64,000 bases of DNA from an uncultured Alphaproteobacteria bacterium (GTDB lineage: Bacteria; Pseudomonadota; Alphaproteobacteria; DATDPM01): positions 154,081 to 218,080 of the forward strand of contig CAWJEX010000003.1 of assembly GCA_963841995.1 (NCBI GenBank). The letters are read 5' to 3'. The position numbers were made by a program, and so were the translations under genes. Below the pieces are notes generated by a model, which saw only the letters and a program-made list of their open reading frames with translations, searched no databases and had not been told where the DNA came from. Shown piece by piece: positions 9,390 to 19,083 of the stretch. The stretch's first letter is position 1, and each line of letters opens with the position of its first letter.

Positions 9390-9711
9390 AGGGGCTTCTC
9401 GCGCAGATTCGGTGATTCATTGCCTGGGCCCGGTTTACGGCCGCGACAATCCTTCGGCCGAATTGCTCGCGTCCTGCTATCGCAATGCGCTAAAGCTCGC
9501 GGAGGAACACGGCATCGCTTCCATCGCCTTCCCCGCGATCTCGACCGGCGTGTTCGGTTATCCGAAGGACGAGGCCGCCGCGGTCGCGCTTAAAACCGTG
9601 ATCGCCGAATTGCCGCGGCTCGCATCGGTCAAGCAGATCCGATTCGTGCTGTACGGGGCGGATGATCTGGAAATCTACGAGCGGGCGATGGAGGAATGGG
9701 CGCAGCAGTAG
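9390..9711 (+). pseudogene. macro-domain (O-acetyl-ADP-ribose deacetylase-like) gene, 3' fragment only. The 5' ~75 codons are missing where the IS abuts.
   Basis: 'VIHCLGPVYG...LLASCYRNALKLAEEHGIASIAFPAISTGVFGYPKDEAA...VKQIRFVLYGADDLEIYERAMEE' matches the C-terminal two-thirds of YmdB-type macro domains. There is no GDIT/DAIVNAAN N-terminal region upstream. Confidence 0.6.
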
Positions 9712-9717
9712 CAACCG

Positions 9718-11538
9718 CTACGCCGCGCTCTTCTTCGCTTCTCGGCGCCGCAACCCTTTCTCGAGCAGGCGCTTGCGGAGCCGCACCGATTTCGGCGTGA
9801 CTTCGACCAGCTCGTCGTCGGCGATATAGGCGATCGATTTTTCCAAAGTCATTTGAATCGGCGGAGTCAGGATCACCGCGTCGTCCTTGCCGGAGGCGCG
9901 GACATTGGTGAGCTGCTTGCCCTTGGTCGGGTTGACGTCGAGATCGCCGCCCCGCGCATGCTCGCCGATGATCATGCCGGGATAGACCTTCGTCCCCGGC
10001 TCGATAAACAGCGCGCCGCGCTCCTGGATGTACCAAAGCGCGTAAGCGACCGCCGAACCGGTTTCGGTCGAAACCAAAGTCCCCGTGCGGCGCGCCGGGA
10101 TCTGGCCTTTCAACGGCGCGTAACCGTGGAATAGCCGGTTCATGACGCCGGTGCCCCGCGTATCGCCGAGGAATTCGCCGTGATAGCCGATCAGGCCGCG
10201 CGAGGGCGCGAGGAAAACCAAGCGCAGCTTGCCGCCGCCGGTCGGGCGCATGTCGCGAAGCTCCGCCTTGCGCTGGGACAGCTTGTCCACCACCGTGCCG
10301 GAGAATTCCTCGTCCACGTCGATGGTGGCTTCCTCGATCGGCTCCATCTGCTGGCCGGTTTCGGGATCGTTGCGGTAAAGAACGCGCGGGCGCGAGATCG
10401 CCAGCTCGAAGCCTTCGCGGCGCATGGTCTCGATCAAAACTGCAAGCTGAAGTTCGCCGCGGCCGGAAACCTCGAACGCGCCGCGCTCGTCGCTCGGCGT
10501 CACCTTGATCGCCACATTGCCTTCGGCTTCCTGCATCAACCGGTCGCCCAGTAGGCGCGAGGTGACCTTATCGCCCTCTTGTCCCGCCAGCGGCGAATCG
10601 TTGATCGAAAACGTCATGGCGAGAGTCGAGGGATCGATCGGCTGGGCAGGAAGCGCTGTTTCAACGGACGGCTCGCAAATCGTATCGGCCACCGTCGCTT
10701 TGGAAAGCCCGGCGATGGCGACGATATCGCCCGCCTCGGCTTCTTCCACCGGCACGCGCTCCAATCCGCGGAAAGCCAGCAATTTGGTGATGCGGTTCTG
10801 TTCGAGAACGGTACCATCGCGCGACAGCGCCTTGATCGTCATGTTGGGCCGAGCAATTCCGGTTTCGATGCGGCCGGTGAGCACGCGGCCGAGATAAGGA
10901 TCGGCTTCGAGCGTGGTCGCCAGCATGGTGAAGGCGCCTTCGGCTTTCACTTTGGGGGCGGGAACGTGGGCAACGATGAGATCGAACAGCGCCGCCATAT
11001 CCTTGCGCTCGCCATCGAGGGTGCGTGAAGCCCAGCCCTGCTTGGCCGAAGCGAACATGGTCGGGAAATCGAGTTGTGCTTCGTTGGCGTCAAGGGCGGC
11101 GAAAAGATCGAACATCGCGCTTTCGACGTCGCTCGCGCGCTGATCGGGGCGATCGACCTTGTTGACGACGACGATGGGTGCCAAGCCCATGCGCAGCGCC
11201 TTGCCGAGCACGAATTTGGTTTGCGGCATCGGTCCTTCGGCGGCGTCCACCAGGATCAGCGCGCCATCAACCATGCCGAGAATGCGCTCCACCTCGCCAC
11301 CGAAATCGGCGTGGCCCGGGGTGTCGACGATATTGATCCGCGTACCGTGCCAAACCACCGAGGTGCATTTGGCGAGAATGGTGATCCCGCGCTCGCGCTC
11401 GATGTCGTTCGAATCCATGGCGCGCTCGGCCACCTTCTCGTTTTCGCGGAAGGTGCCGCTTTGGCGCAGCAGGCAATCGACCAAGGTCGTCTTGCCATGG
11501 TCGACGTGGGCGATGATCGCGATATTACGAAGCTTCAT
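9718..11538 (-). CDS. typA: translational GTPase TypA/BipA
   Basis: The 606-aa product starts '[17 protein letters not shown]' and continues '[14 protein letters not shown]', with the full G-domain and EF-G-like domains. Confidence 0.95.
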   Translation of the reverse strand: MKLRNIAIIAHVDHGKTTLVDCLLRQSGTFRENEKVAERAMDSNDIERERGITILAKCTSVVWHGTRINIVDTPGHADFGGEVERILGMVDGALILVDAAEGPMPQTKFVLGKALRMGLAPIVVVNKVDRPDQRASDVESAMFDLFAALDANEAQLDFPTMFASAKQGWASRTLDGERKDMAALFDLIVAHVPAPKVKAEGAFTMLATTLEADPYLGRVLTGRIETGIARPNMTIKALSRDGTVLEQNRITKLLAFRGLERVPVEEAEAGDIVAIAGLSKATVADTICEPSVETALPAQPIDPSTLAMTFSINDSPLAGQEGDKVTSRLLGDRLMQEAEGNVAIKVTPSDERGAFEVSGRGELQLAVLIETMRREGFELAISRPRVLYRNDPETGQQMEPIEEATIDVDEEFSGTVVDKLSQRKAELRDMRPTGGGKLRLVFLAPSRGLIGYHGEFLGDTRGTGVMNRLFHGYAPLKGQIPARRTGTLVSTETGSAVAYALWYIQERGALFIEPGTKVYPGMIIGEHARGGDLDVNPTKGKQLTNVRASGKDDAVILTPPIQMTLEKSIAYIADDELVEVTPKSVRLRKRLLEKGLRRREAKKSAA

Positions 11539-11774
11539 GTCGGTCCTCTTTGGGACGCCGGCTTTGGGATCCCCAATTCAAGCAAATCGCGGCCGGGAGG
11601 CCGGCCGCGTGCGTCGTTCTTATATAGGGTCGAACCGGGCGGGGGCAAGGCCGTAAGCCTTCGAAAAACCGCCATTTTCGGGCGGTATCGCCGGAATGGT
11701 TTCAGTCCGGCTTTGGATGATGTAAAAGTTATGTTTGGGCGGCCCCTTTGACTGGCCGGCCTTTAGGGGGATGA

Positions 11775-12317
11775 ATGGGGAAAATCCGCCTCAATGCGCG
11801 CGCCGCGGTCGGCTTGGCCGCCCTGCTCTCGATGCTGTCGGCCCAAGCCCGGGCGGCGAATAGTTGCGCCTTGCCGGACGAGCAGGCCGCGCTCGATACC
11901 CGGGTTCTTCAAACCGAATTGATCGTCGCCGCTCTGTCCTGCGGCACGAGCAGCCAATACAACGGCTTCGTGCAGAAATTCGAATCGGAGCTAGTCGCTC
12001 TCGGCGGCGTCTTCCGCAATTATTTTACCCGGATCTACGGACTGAACGGCGAGGATCGGATGGATCGGACCGTCACGCGACTGGCCAATATTGCGGAAGT
12101 CCGGAGCATGGGGCTGGGGCCGCAATATTGCGATTACGAAGCCCAGGTGTTCGCAACGCTCCAGGGAGTCGAGCCGGCGCAATTGGCGGCATTCGCCGCC
12201 GAGAATCCTTATGTAGGCGATCACGATATCCGGCCGTGCCCGGTAGCGGTTCGGGCGCAGAGCCCGAACGCGCCGGTCGCCGCAGCGCCCGACGCCGCGT
12301 CAGCCGATAAACCGTAG
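11775..12317 (+). CDS. hypothetical secreted protein
   Basis: It has a signal peptide ('AALLSMLSAQARA') and Cys pairs. No family was recognised. Confidence 0.45.
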   Translation: MGKIRLNARAAVGLAALLSMLSAQARAANSCALPDEQAALDTRVLQTELIVAALSCGTSSQYNGFVQKFESELVALGGVFRNYFTRIYGLNGEDRMDRTVTRLANIAEVRSMGLGPQYCDYEAQVFATLQGVEPAQLAAFAAENPYVGDHDIRPCPVAVRAQSPNAPVAAAPDAASADKP

Positions 12318-12341
12318 CGCCCGATCGTTCTTGAACGGAGT

Positions 12342-13095
12342 CTAGAGCCCCGTATTGGGATGGGATTCGAAGAGGCGAAAGGTCAGACGCTTCTTGCGCG
12401 GGCCATCGCCCTTTTGCCGGCGAACGAAGCGCCAAACGGCTGCCGGCGGAACATTCGAGCCAAATTCGTTCCGCGAGCTTTGCCGAAAGCCCGAGACGTG
12501 CGAGCAGGCGCTCCGGCACCGGCGAAACCGGGCCATAGGTGAACTGAATGAAAATTCCGTCGGCGTCCATAAGGTCGAAACATTGACGCAACAAAACGGT
12601 CTGCATGCGAGGCTTCATATTCAGCAACGGCAGGCCGGAAACGACCGCCGCGACTTTCTTGATCCCCGCCGCGCGAATCAAATGCTTTGCCCGCGTCGCG
12701 TCGCCGTGAATGATGTGGGACCCGGGAAAACGCTGGGCCAGCAAGCGGTAAAGGCCTTCGTCCCGCTCGACGACCACGAGATCGCGCGGGGCTATTCCTG
12801 AATTCAAAAGCGCCCGGGTAATGGATTCCGTCCCGCCGCCCAATTCGACGACAACGCCTTGCGGTTTGAATCGCAGGATTTCGGGGCGCAGGATTTCGGG
12901 ACCAAGCGCCGTCGCCATGGCCTTTGCCAGCGCCGCCCCGCTCGGAACGACGGCGCCGATACGCAACGGATTGCGCAACCACTTTCCGAACAGCATTTTT
13001 TCGTCTTCGACGTCCATCGCTTTCCTCGGCACCGCCAATGCAGTGTTCGCGAATTCAGGAGTGCTTTTTACCACCGCCGAGGCTTGGTGCGCCAC
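12342..13095 (-). CDS. class I SAM-dependent methyltransferase, phospholipid N-methyltransferase (PmtA)-like, with an apparent frameshift at ~12450-12458
   Basis: It has a GTG start. 'VVPSGAALAKAMA...VVELGGGTESITRALL...VVSGLPLLNMKP...FIQFTYGPVSPV' resembles Rhodobacter-type PmtA. The conserved C-terminus 'NVPPAAVWRFVRR' is in the adjacent frame and ends at 12342. The long ORF down to 12073 is read-through. Confidence 0.6.
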
Positions 13096-13105
13096 CTCAA
13101 TGCAT

Positions 13106-13419
13106 TAGAGCATGATCTTGTCAGTTGGAACCGGCTGCACCGGCGGTATTTTGCGCCGCGGGCAGGAGAAGCGCGAAGCGCGTAGCAGGGACTACGGGCG
13201 AGCGCTTCGACGAACCCGCGGCGGCAAAAGACCCGGGCCCTTGGGGTTGCGCCTTGGCGGGCGCCCGCGGCGTTGCGCCGTTCGGCCGATGCCCCACATC
13301 GCCCCCCGCGCTTTGCGCGCAAACGTTTGCCGGCAAGGCCGGCGGGCTTGGCGCGTCTGGCGGATCGCCGCACCAAAGGCGCAACGCAGCCGATTTCGAA
13401 CCGACAAGATCGTGCTCTA
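13106..13419 (-). mobile_element. MITE copy 2 (314 bp, inverted orientation, ~90-bp internal insertion, degenerate right TIR)
   Basis: It begins tagagcatgatcttgtcagtt and ends ccgacaagatcgtgctcta. The core is the reverse complement of the core in copies 1 and 4. Confidence 0.7.
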
Positions 13420-13561
13420 GGTAACGGATTGGGGCGCCAAGCTGAGAACGGGTCTGATCGCCGCCAAACCCACACCCCCTCGACGCCGATAAGTTGACCG
13501 CAAAATTGCCGCGGAATTGCGGGCAAGGTCCGCAAAGGTGTACTGTTCCGGCCAGCCCGAT

Positions 13562-14047
13562 ATGCCATCATTCGACATCGTATCCAAGACCGACGTCCAC
13601 GAAGTGGACAACGCCCTCGCCGGGGTTACCCGCGAGATCGGCCAGCGCTTCGATTTCAAAGGTTCGAAATGCACGCTGACCCGTGCCGATAACACGATCA
13701 CGATCCTGGCCGATGACGATATGAAGCTCCGCCAGATCCAGGAGCTTGTGAAAGGCTATATGACGCGGCGCAAGCTTTCGGCGGGAGCGCTCGATTTCCA
13801 GGAGCCGGAGCGAGCCGCCGGGAACGCTTTGCGCCAGACGGTGGTTATCAAGCAAGGCGTTGCCGCTGACCTGGCGAAAAGCATCGTCAAAGAAATCAAG
13901 GACAGCAAGCTGAAGGTCCAAGCCGCCATTCAAGGCGACGAGCTTCGGATTTCCGGCAAGAAAATCGACGATTTGCAGGCGGCGATCGCCCTCGTGCGCG
14001 GGCTCAAGATCGAGCAGCCGTTGCAATTCGTGAATATGCGGAGCTAA
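13562..14047 (+). CDS. yajQ: YajQ-family (UPF0234) nucleotide/c-di-GMP-binding protein
   Basis: 'MPSFDIVSKTDVHEVDNAL...FDFKGSK' is colinear with YajQ over its full length. Confidence 0.85.
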   Translation: MPSFDIVSKTDVHEVDNALAGVTREIGQRFDFKGSKCTLTRADNTITILADDDMKLRQIQELVKGYMTRRKLSAGALDFQEPERAAGNALRQTVVIKQGVAADLAKSIVKEIKDSKLKVQAAIQGDELRISGKKIDDLQAAIALVRGLKIEQPLQFVNMRS

Positions 14048-14120
14048 GGCATCGGGGCATGCTATATTGCTACTGAAGTACCGGCGCGCTCGTGACGTCC
14101 CGAAAAAACCAGGTCAGAAA

Positions 14121-14318
14121 ATGGCTCAAAAATACACCGTAGGAATGAGCGTCAACGGAAAATCGGATCACGTGGCGATCGATGCCGAGGATGCGCTTAT
14201 TGCAGCGCTCCGCGTCAAAAGTGAAAACCCGACAGCCACGATCACCTATGTGCGCAAGCGTAACGCCCGGGGCGATCGGCGGCACCCGCATCAGCGGGTC
14301 GGATCCGCGGCCCCTTGA
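14121..14318 (+). CDS. hypothetical small protein
   Basis: A 65-aa ORF ('MAQKYTVGMSVNGKSDHVAIDAEDALIAALRV') with a plausible RBS. Confidence 0.3.
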   Translation: MAQKYTVGMSVNGKSDHVAIDAEDALIAALRVKSENPTATITYVRKRNARGDRRHPHQRVGSAAP

Positions 14319-14926
14319 GCGCAATGCGCCGGCTTCCGCGACACTTATTGGCCGTGCTGTTTTGCGTGGGGCTGCTCGGCGCACACGGCGCCCTCGCCGC
14401 CGATGCGGCACCCGATCCCAATACCAAGCCGGCGACGCCGGCAGCGCAGGCTTTCGAGCAATTCTTGATCGCCAGTTCGCCGGTTTGTCTGAACGAGCCG
14501 TCGGCCCATTGCATCGATATCGGCTGGCGGTTTGCCGATACCGATCATGACGGCACGCTGTCGTTTGCCGAAATCCAGGCGGTGCGGACGGCCTTGCAGG
14601 ATTGGCTGTCGTGGAAATGGCCGGAGCTTTCGGCCAAAGACCGGACCAATATCACGCTCGGGCTGATGGTCGTCGATATCATCGGCCTGGATAAGCTGTT
14701 TGCCGGGCTGAATACCGCGGGCAACGGCAAGCTGTCGCGGGCCGAATTGCTGACCGACGTCACGCTTGACGACCGGCCGTTGGGGCCGGTTTTGCAGGAT
14801 CCCGATGCGGTCGATCGAAAAGCCCTGGCACAAAGATTGGGCCGCGTCGCGCCGATCGTGCAGAGCATGCTGGGCCAGCCGCGGGACCATGAGAGCAAGC
14901 GGGCCGCGCCCGCATCCTCGCAGTAA
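14315..14926 (+). CDS. secreted protein with an EF-hand-like calcium-binding loop
   Basis: It has a signal peptide and a 'DTDHDGTLSFAEI' loop (DxDxDG). Confidence 0.45.
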   Translation: MSAMRRLPRHLLAVLFCVGLLGAHGALAADAAPDPNTKPATPAAQAFEQFLIASSPVCLNEPSAHCIDIGWRFADTDHDGTLSFAEIQAVRTALQDWLSWKWPELSAKDRTNITLGLMVVDIIGLDKLFAGLNTAGNGKLSRAELLTDVTLDDRPLGPVLQDPDAVDRKALAQRLGRVAPIVQSMLGQPRDHESKRAAPASSQ

Positions 14927-14932
14927 TCCCGC

Positions 14933-15838
14933 CTACACGTTCCGGCAAATTTCAACGAGAAGCGAGCGGATCCATTCGTGAGCGGGATGACGGCTCAATT
15001 CCTTGTGCCAGAGCAAAGTCAAATCGATCGGATCCGGTTCGAGGGGAACCGGAACGATATGCAGATTGTTGACCTCGGCAAATCGCTCGGCGGTGCGCAA
15101 GGCGAGTGTCATGATCATGTCGGAATTCTGGATGATGAGCGGGGCGACGAGAAATTGATTGGCGGTCATCGCGATCCGTCGCGTCAATCCGCGCTTGCGC
15201 AGCAGCCGGTCCACGAATCCCGTCGCCTCGCCGGTCAAGGTGATAAGCAGATGGCGCGCCGACGCGAATTCTTCGAGCGTGATTCGCTCGCGCGCCAGCG
15301 GATGGCCGCTGCGCATCACGCAGACATAAGTCTCCCGGAACAGCACTAGGCCGTCGAAGCGCTCCGGCCATTCGGAGTGATAGCCGATGGCAAAGTCGAT
15401 CTCGTTGCGGTCGAGGAGCCCTAAGGCACTCACATTGTCGTTGATTCGCACCCGGATATCGACGGCGGGTGCTTCACGCTCCAGCCGGTGGGCCAAGGGC
15501 GGAAGGATCAGCGACGCCGCATAATCGGCCATCGCCAGCCGAAAGCTGTTGGTGGCGGCAGCGGGAGTAAAAGCGACCGGCTCCAGCGCCCGTTCCACCT
15601 GGGCCAGGGCTTCCCGTACCGGCCCCGCCAATTCCAGCGCCCGGGGCGTAGGCCGCATCCCCTTCGGACCCCGGAGGAAGAGGTCGTCCTTCACCAGTTG
15701 CCGAAGACGGCTGAGTGCCTGGCCGACGGCCGGCTGGGTGAGCCCTACGCGGCGCCCCGCACGGGTCACGCTGCGCTCCTGCATCAGGGCATCGAACACG
15801 ACGAGAAGATTGAGATCGATGCTTGCTAGGTTGAGCAT
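14933..15838 (-). CDS. LysR-family transcriptional regulator
   Basis: It has an N-terminal HTH ('LNLLVVFDALMQERSVTRAGRRVGLTQPAVGQALSRLR') and a substrate-binding domain. The start is taken at MLNLASIDL. Confidence 0.85.
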   Translation of the reverse strand: MLNLASIDLNLLVVFDALMQERSVTRAGRRVGLTQPAVGQALSRLRQLVKDDLFLRGPKGMRPTPRALELAGPVREALAQVERALEPVAFTPAAATNSFRLAMADYAASLILPPLAHRLEREAPAVDIRVRINDNVSALGLLDRNEIDFAIGYHSEWPERFDGLVLFRETYVCVMRSGHPLARERITLEEFASARHLLITLTGEATGFVDRLLRKRGLTRRIAMTANQFLVAPLIIQNSDMIMTLALRTAERFAEVNNLHIVPVPLEPDPIDLTLLWHKELSRHPAHEWIRSLLVEICRNV

Positions 15839-15985
15839 ATGCCCATGACTTATTAAGACGATAATAACTATCAATTTGAATTATTTTATATGGAATGTAA
15901 ATACCAAAGCCAAGACGCCACTCCTATGGGCGGCAGAATTCAACCCCGGGCCAAGGCCTGGGCAGCACGAATGGAGGTTAAAGCG

Positions 15986-16255
15986 ATGACAAAATTGAAG
16001 ACTTTGCTGGCAGCCGCCGCAACCGTGCTCGTTTCTTTCGCGGCTTCGGCCGAGGAATTGGCGGCACGGACCGATCGGCCGGTCACGCCTGTTTCGAAAA
16101 TCCTGAGATCAATCGAGGCGCGCCCGGATTACGAGAGCCAGGCATCGCTTCACTACAACCCGCAGGATCACGTTTATCTGGTCCTCTACAACACCAAGGA
16201 CGGCGATTCGAAACTCTTGATCATCGACGCCTACACCGGCCGGGAGACCGAGTAA
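15986..16255 (+). CDS. small secreted PepSY-domain protein
   Basis: A signal peptide is followed by a 'HYNPQDHVYLVLYNTKDGDSKLLIIDAYTGRE' PepSY-like beta-hairpin. A GGAGG sits 8 nt upstream of the ATG. Confidence 0.5.
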   Translation: MTKLKTLLAAAATVLVSFAASAEELAARTDRPVTPVSKILRSIEARPDYESQASLHYNPQDHVYLVLYNTKDGDSKLLIIDAYTGRETE

Positions 16256-16303
16256 CTCCCGCCGAACCGAATTAATTTTTTCTCCCCTTCCTCCCAACTT
16301 GGA

Positions 16304-16340
16304 CGCCCCGCAGGTCAAACCTGCGGGGCTTCTTCTTCGT
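16304..16340 (+). terminator. Rho-independent terminator
   Basis: The hairpin gccccgcagg-tcaaa-cctgcggggc is followed by cttcttcttcgtt. Confidence 0.6.
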
Positions 16341-16481
16341 TCAATGGCGCCCTTCTGACGGGTCCGGCGGATGCAGCGTTTTGACGCACTTTCGCGTAGG
16401 GCACCCTATGCTAAATATCCATTGAAAAATTAAGGATATTTGGCGCAGCCTGAATTGTCCCGAAAACTGGGGAGCAAGCCG

Positions 16482-17150
16482 ATGAACAAGCCGGTTTCCG
16501 CGGTCGGCGCGGCGATCTTTGCTGCCGTCGCCGCCAGCGCGGCGCCCGCCTATGCCCTCGACGGAGGCGACTGGCTAGTCCGCCTGCGCGGCATCGTCGT
16601 CGATCCGCAGGACAGCAGCAGCGGCATCAGCCCGGACCTGCCGACCGCCAAGATCGGCGTCGATAGCGCGCCCACCGCCGAAGTCGACTTCAGCTACATG
16701 TTCACCCAAAACATCGGCGCTGAGCTCATTCTCGCCAGCCCCATCCACGATTTGAACGGCCGCGGTGCTATCGCTGCACTCGGCCATATCGGCGACGCCG
16801 AATTGCTGCCGCCGGTCTTGACTCTGCAATACCACTTCATGCCGAAGAGCTGGATCCGCCCCTATCTCGGGGTCGGGGTCAACTACACGATCTTCTTCAA
16901 TGAAGACGCCAGCAACAGCCTCAATACCGCGTTGGGCGGTCCGACCAAGATTCGCATCGACAACAGCGTCGGACCCGCAGGCCAAGCCGGTGTCGATATC
17001 GACGTCACGGAAAATGTGTTCCTCAACTTCGATATCAAATTCGTTGACATGCAACCCGGTGTGCGCCTCATCACCGGCAACACCGTGCGTCACGCCAGTG
17101 TCGACATCAATCCGCTTATTATCGGCATCGGCGTCGGAACGCATTTCTAA
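16482..17150 (+). CDS. ompW: OmpW-family outer membrane protein
   Basis: It has a signal peptide, the motifs 'GDWLVRLRG' and 'NYTIFF', and a C-terminal 'GIGVGTHF' beta-barrel signature. Confidence 0.85.
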   Translation: MNKPVSAVGAAIFAAVAASAAPAYALDGGDWLVRLRGIVVDPQDSSSGISPDLPTAKIGVDSAPTAEVDFSYMFTQNIGAELILASPIHDLNGRGAIAALGHIGDAELLPPVLTLQYHFMPKSWIRPYLGVGVNYTIFFNEDASNSLNTALGGPTKIRIDNSVGPAGQAGVDIDVTENVFLNFDIKFVDMQPGVRLITGNTVRHASVDINPLIIGIGVGTHF

Positions 17151-17200
17151 GAATTGCCGAAGACGCCGGTCTTCCGGACCGGCGAGGCTAACACCCATTT

Positions 17201-17237
17201 TGCGGCCCGCAGATTTTGCGGGCCGCTTTTTTGCGCT
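17201..17237 (+). terminator. Rho-independent terminator
   Basis: The hairpin gcggcccgca-gatttt-tgcgggccgc is followed by ttttttgcg. Confidence 0.7.
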
Positions 17238-17310
17238 AATCGGCGCAGGGTTGCCGTTGCCGCGGCGTGTAAAGAGATAGCAGACCTCATGACCGGCGCG
17301 GATTCCTCGA

Positions 17311-17652
17311 ATGAAATCGAAAGACCTTCGAAGGCTAGCTGTGACTCATCGTTTTGCATTCATCGCCGCATCCCCGATCGGTCTTGCTTGCGCGCTACCG
17401 TCGATGGCGCTTGCGGAAGGCTGCGGCGATCCCTGGCGGGATGGCCACGACGTTTACGCGGACCGGCGGGACATCGTCCAGGATGAAGCGCGGCTGCGTT
17501 ATGACGAGTGGACCGGCAACTGGATTGCCGTCCGCCGCGATATTGAAGATCTCCGCGCCGATCACCGCGACGTCGCCCATGACGCCCGCGATTTGCATCG
17601 GGATTTCGCCGACCGCCGGGATTTTAGCCGCGGCGGATACGACGAACGCTGA
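17311..17652 (+). CDS. hypothetical secreted protein with RD-rich ~11-aa repeats
   Basis: It has a signal peptide and repeats of the form 'RRDIVQDEARLRYD / RRDIEDLRADHRD / ARDLHRDFADRRD'. Confidence 0.4.
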   Translation: MKSKDLRRLAVTHRFAFIAASPIGLACALPSMALAEGCGDPWRDGHDVYADRRDIVQDEARLRYDEWTGNWIAVRRDIEDLRADHRDVAHDARDLHRDFADRRDFSRGGYDER

Positions 17653-17685
17653 ACCCTTTGCGGTCAACCCTCCCTGACCGCACCT

Positions 17686-17745
17686 TCGGCCGGCTTCGAT
17701 CCGCCCCCCAATTCGAAGCCGGCCGAATTTATTTTCACTCGGTTT
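17686..17745 (+). terminator. Rho-independent terminator
   Basis: A 12-bp perfect stem ggccggcttcga...tcgaagccggcc is followed by gaatttattttc. Confidence 0.55.
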
Positions 17746-17755
17746 CGGCGCCCTC

Positions 17756-18028
17756 TAGAGCCTGATCTTGTCAGTTGGAACCGGCCGCGCCGGCGATATT
17801 TTGCGCCGCGGGCAGGAGAAGCCCGTAGCAGGGACTACGGGCGAGCGCTTCGACGAATCCCCGGCCGGCAAAAGACCGCCGCCCCTTGGGTTGCGCCTTA
17901 ATGGGCACCCGCGGCGTTGCGCCAAGCCCGCCAGCAAAGCCGGCGGGCTTGGCGCACTTGGCGCGCTTGGCGGATCGCCGCGCCAAAAGCGCAACGCAGC
18001 CGATTCGAACTGACAAAATCAGGCTCTA
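17756..18028 (-). mobile_element. MITE copy 3 (273 bp, inverted orientation, TIR variant TAGAGCCTGATCTTGTCAGTT)
   Basis: The ends are tagagcctgatcttgtcagtt and aactgacaaaatcaggctcta. The core is homologous to copy 2. Confidence 0.7.
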
Positions 18029-18424
18029 ATGGGACAAGGGTGACTCGCTCAAACTCTGGCTCGTACTCGAACCGCCGCCAAACCCCGATCCGCTGCCGCT
18101 TCCCGAAAGCGGCGCGGCGCTTAGACTTTGGCTAGTGCTCGAATTCCCACTGAATCCCGCCGACGGAGTCGAGCCGGGCTCGCCGGCGCCGCGCAGCGAA
18201 TCGCTCGTGCCGCCGTTGTCGAGTTCGCTGGGCGGACCGCTATCAAGGCTGGGATTGGACAAGGGTGCATCGCCGGGATTCGTCGGCGCAAAAGTGTCGC
18301 CGGTGTTCGATGTGCCGTCTTGCGCCAGAACCATCGGCGAAGCCGTGTCCGCTATCGCAGGCATTTGCGACAATAGCCCGGCGAGCACCAGGGGCAGCGC
18401 CGCCGCTGTGAATATCGATTTCAT
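18026..18424 (-). CDS. secreted Ser/Gly-rich low-complexity repeat protein
   Basis: It has a signal peptide and tandem units 'SGFGGGSSTSQSLSESPLS / AGFSGNSSTSQSLSAAPLS'. Its 3' end touches the MITE. Confidence 0.4.
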   Translation of the reverse strand: MKSIFTAAALPLVLAGLLSQMPAIADTASPMVLAQDGTSNTGDTFAPTNPGDAPLSNPSLDSGPPSELDNGGTSDSLRGAGEPGSTPSAGFSGNSSTSQSLSAAPLSGSGSGSGFGGGSSTSQSLSESPLSH

Positions 18425-18618
18425 GAAAGCCTCCCTGTCGCGTTAGGCGCGACTCTAGATCACGATTAAGCGTTAGATAGACGCCTTTTGGCCGCCTGCA
18501 ATTCCAGGGGCCGGCGGCAAATTGGCGGGGCTTTTTTTGGTCGAACGGCCATCAGCTTTTTGCGGCCAAGAGCCGTGGCGGCTGGTAGTCTGGAACCGCG
18601 ACCCCTTCAGGTGCCATC

Positions 18619-19071
18619 ATGATTCCAGCGCGTTTCTTTGGATTGGCCGTTCTGCCGCCGGCGGCTGCCGTGCTTATGGCGCGGCCGGCATCCGCCGCGC
18701 CTTTCATCCGTCCTGCCAGCATTACCGTTTCCGAATCGGCGCCGGCCGTGCCGGGCTTCGTTGTTTCATCCCCCCCTCTTGTCCATCACTTCAAGGGCAT
18801 TGCCGTCGTCAATTCAGAGACCGGCAATGAGGAAGCAGCGCTTCATCCGGACGAGGAACATCAGAAAGGAAGGCACCTCACCCAGTTCTGGCGGCTCTCC
18901 GATTACCGGGACCGGCCGCTCCATATCCTTTGCCAATACCTTCATACCAATGTGACGTTGTCCGCGGATTTGCCGGCCGAGCTTACGACTTGCGAAGCCA
19001 CTTATGTCTTCGACGAGAAAATCGGCACGATCGACGATCCGGACGATCCGGCCCGAATGATCTGCAACTAG
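18619..19071 (+). CDS. hypothetical secreted protein
   Basis: It has a signal peptide ('LPPAAAVLMARPASA'). No family was recognised. Confidence 0.4.
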   Translation: MIPARFFGLAVLPPAAAVLMARPASAAPFIRPASITVSESAPAVPGFVVSSPPLVHHFKGIAVVNSETGNEEAALHPDEEHQKGRHLTQFWRLSDYRDRPLHILCQYLHTNVTLSADLPAELTTCEATYVFDEKIGTIDDPDDPARMICN

Positions 19072-19083
19072 GGGCAAACGAAG

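Larger units (their letters stand above)
7300..9390 (-). mobile_element. IS200/IS605-family insertion sequence (tnpA + tnpB) with both genes disrupted. Boundaries are approximate.
   Basis: A Y1 HUH TnpA and a TnpB/OrfB lie in tandem. A subterminal hairpin, gcggcat-tatatatc-atgccgc, sits at 9309-9330 just upstream of tnpA. There are no TIRs, as expected for this family. The left end is placed where the macro-domain homology begins (~9390). The right end is a guess. Confidence 0.7.

Noticed and set aside
12073-12341. The 3' ~90 codons of ORF 12073-13095, which overlap the convergent gene 11775-12317
   Set aside because: This is read-through caused by the frameshift at ~12455. The conserved PmtA C-terminus ('NVPPAAVWRFVRR') is in the adjacent frame and ends at 12342.
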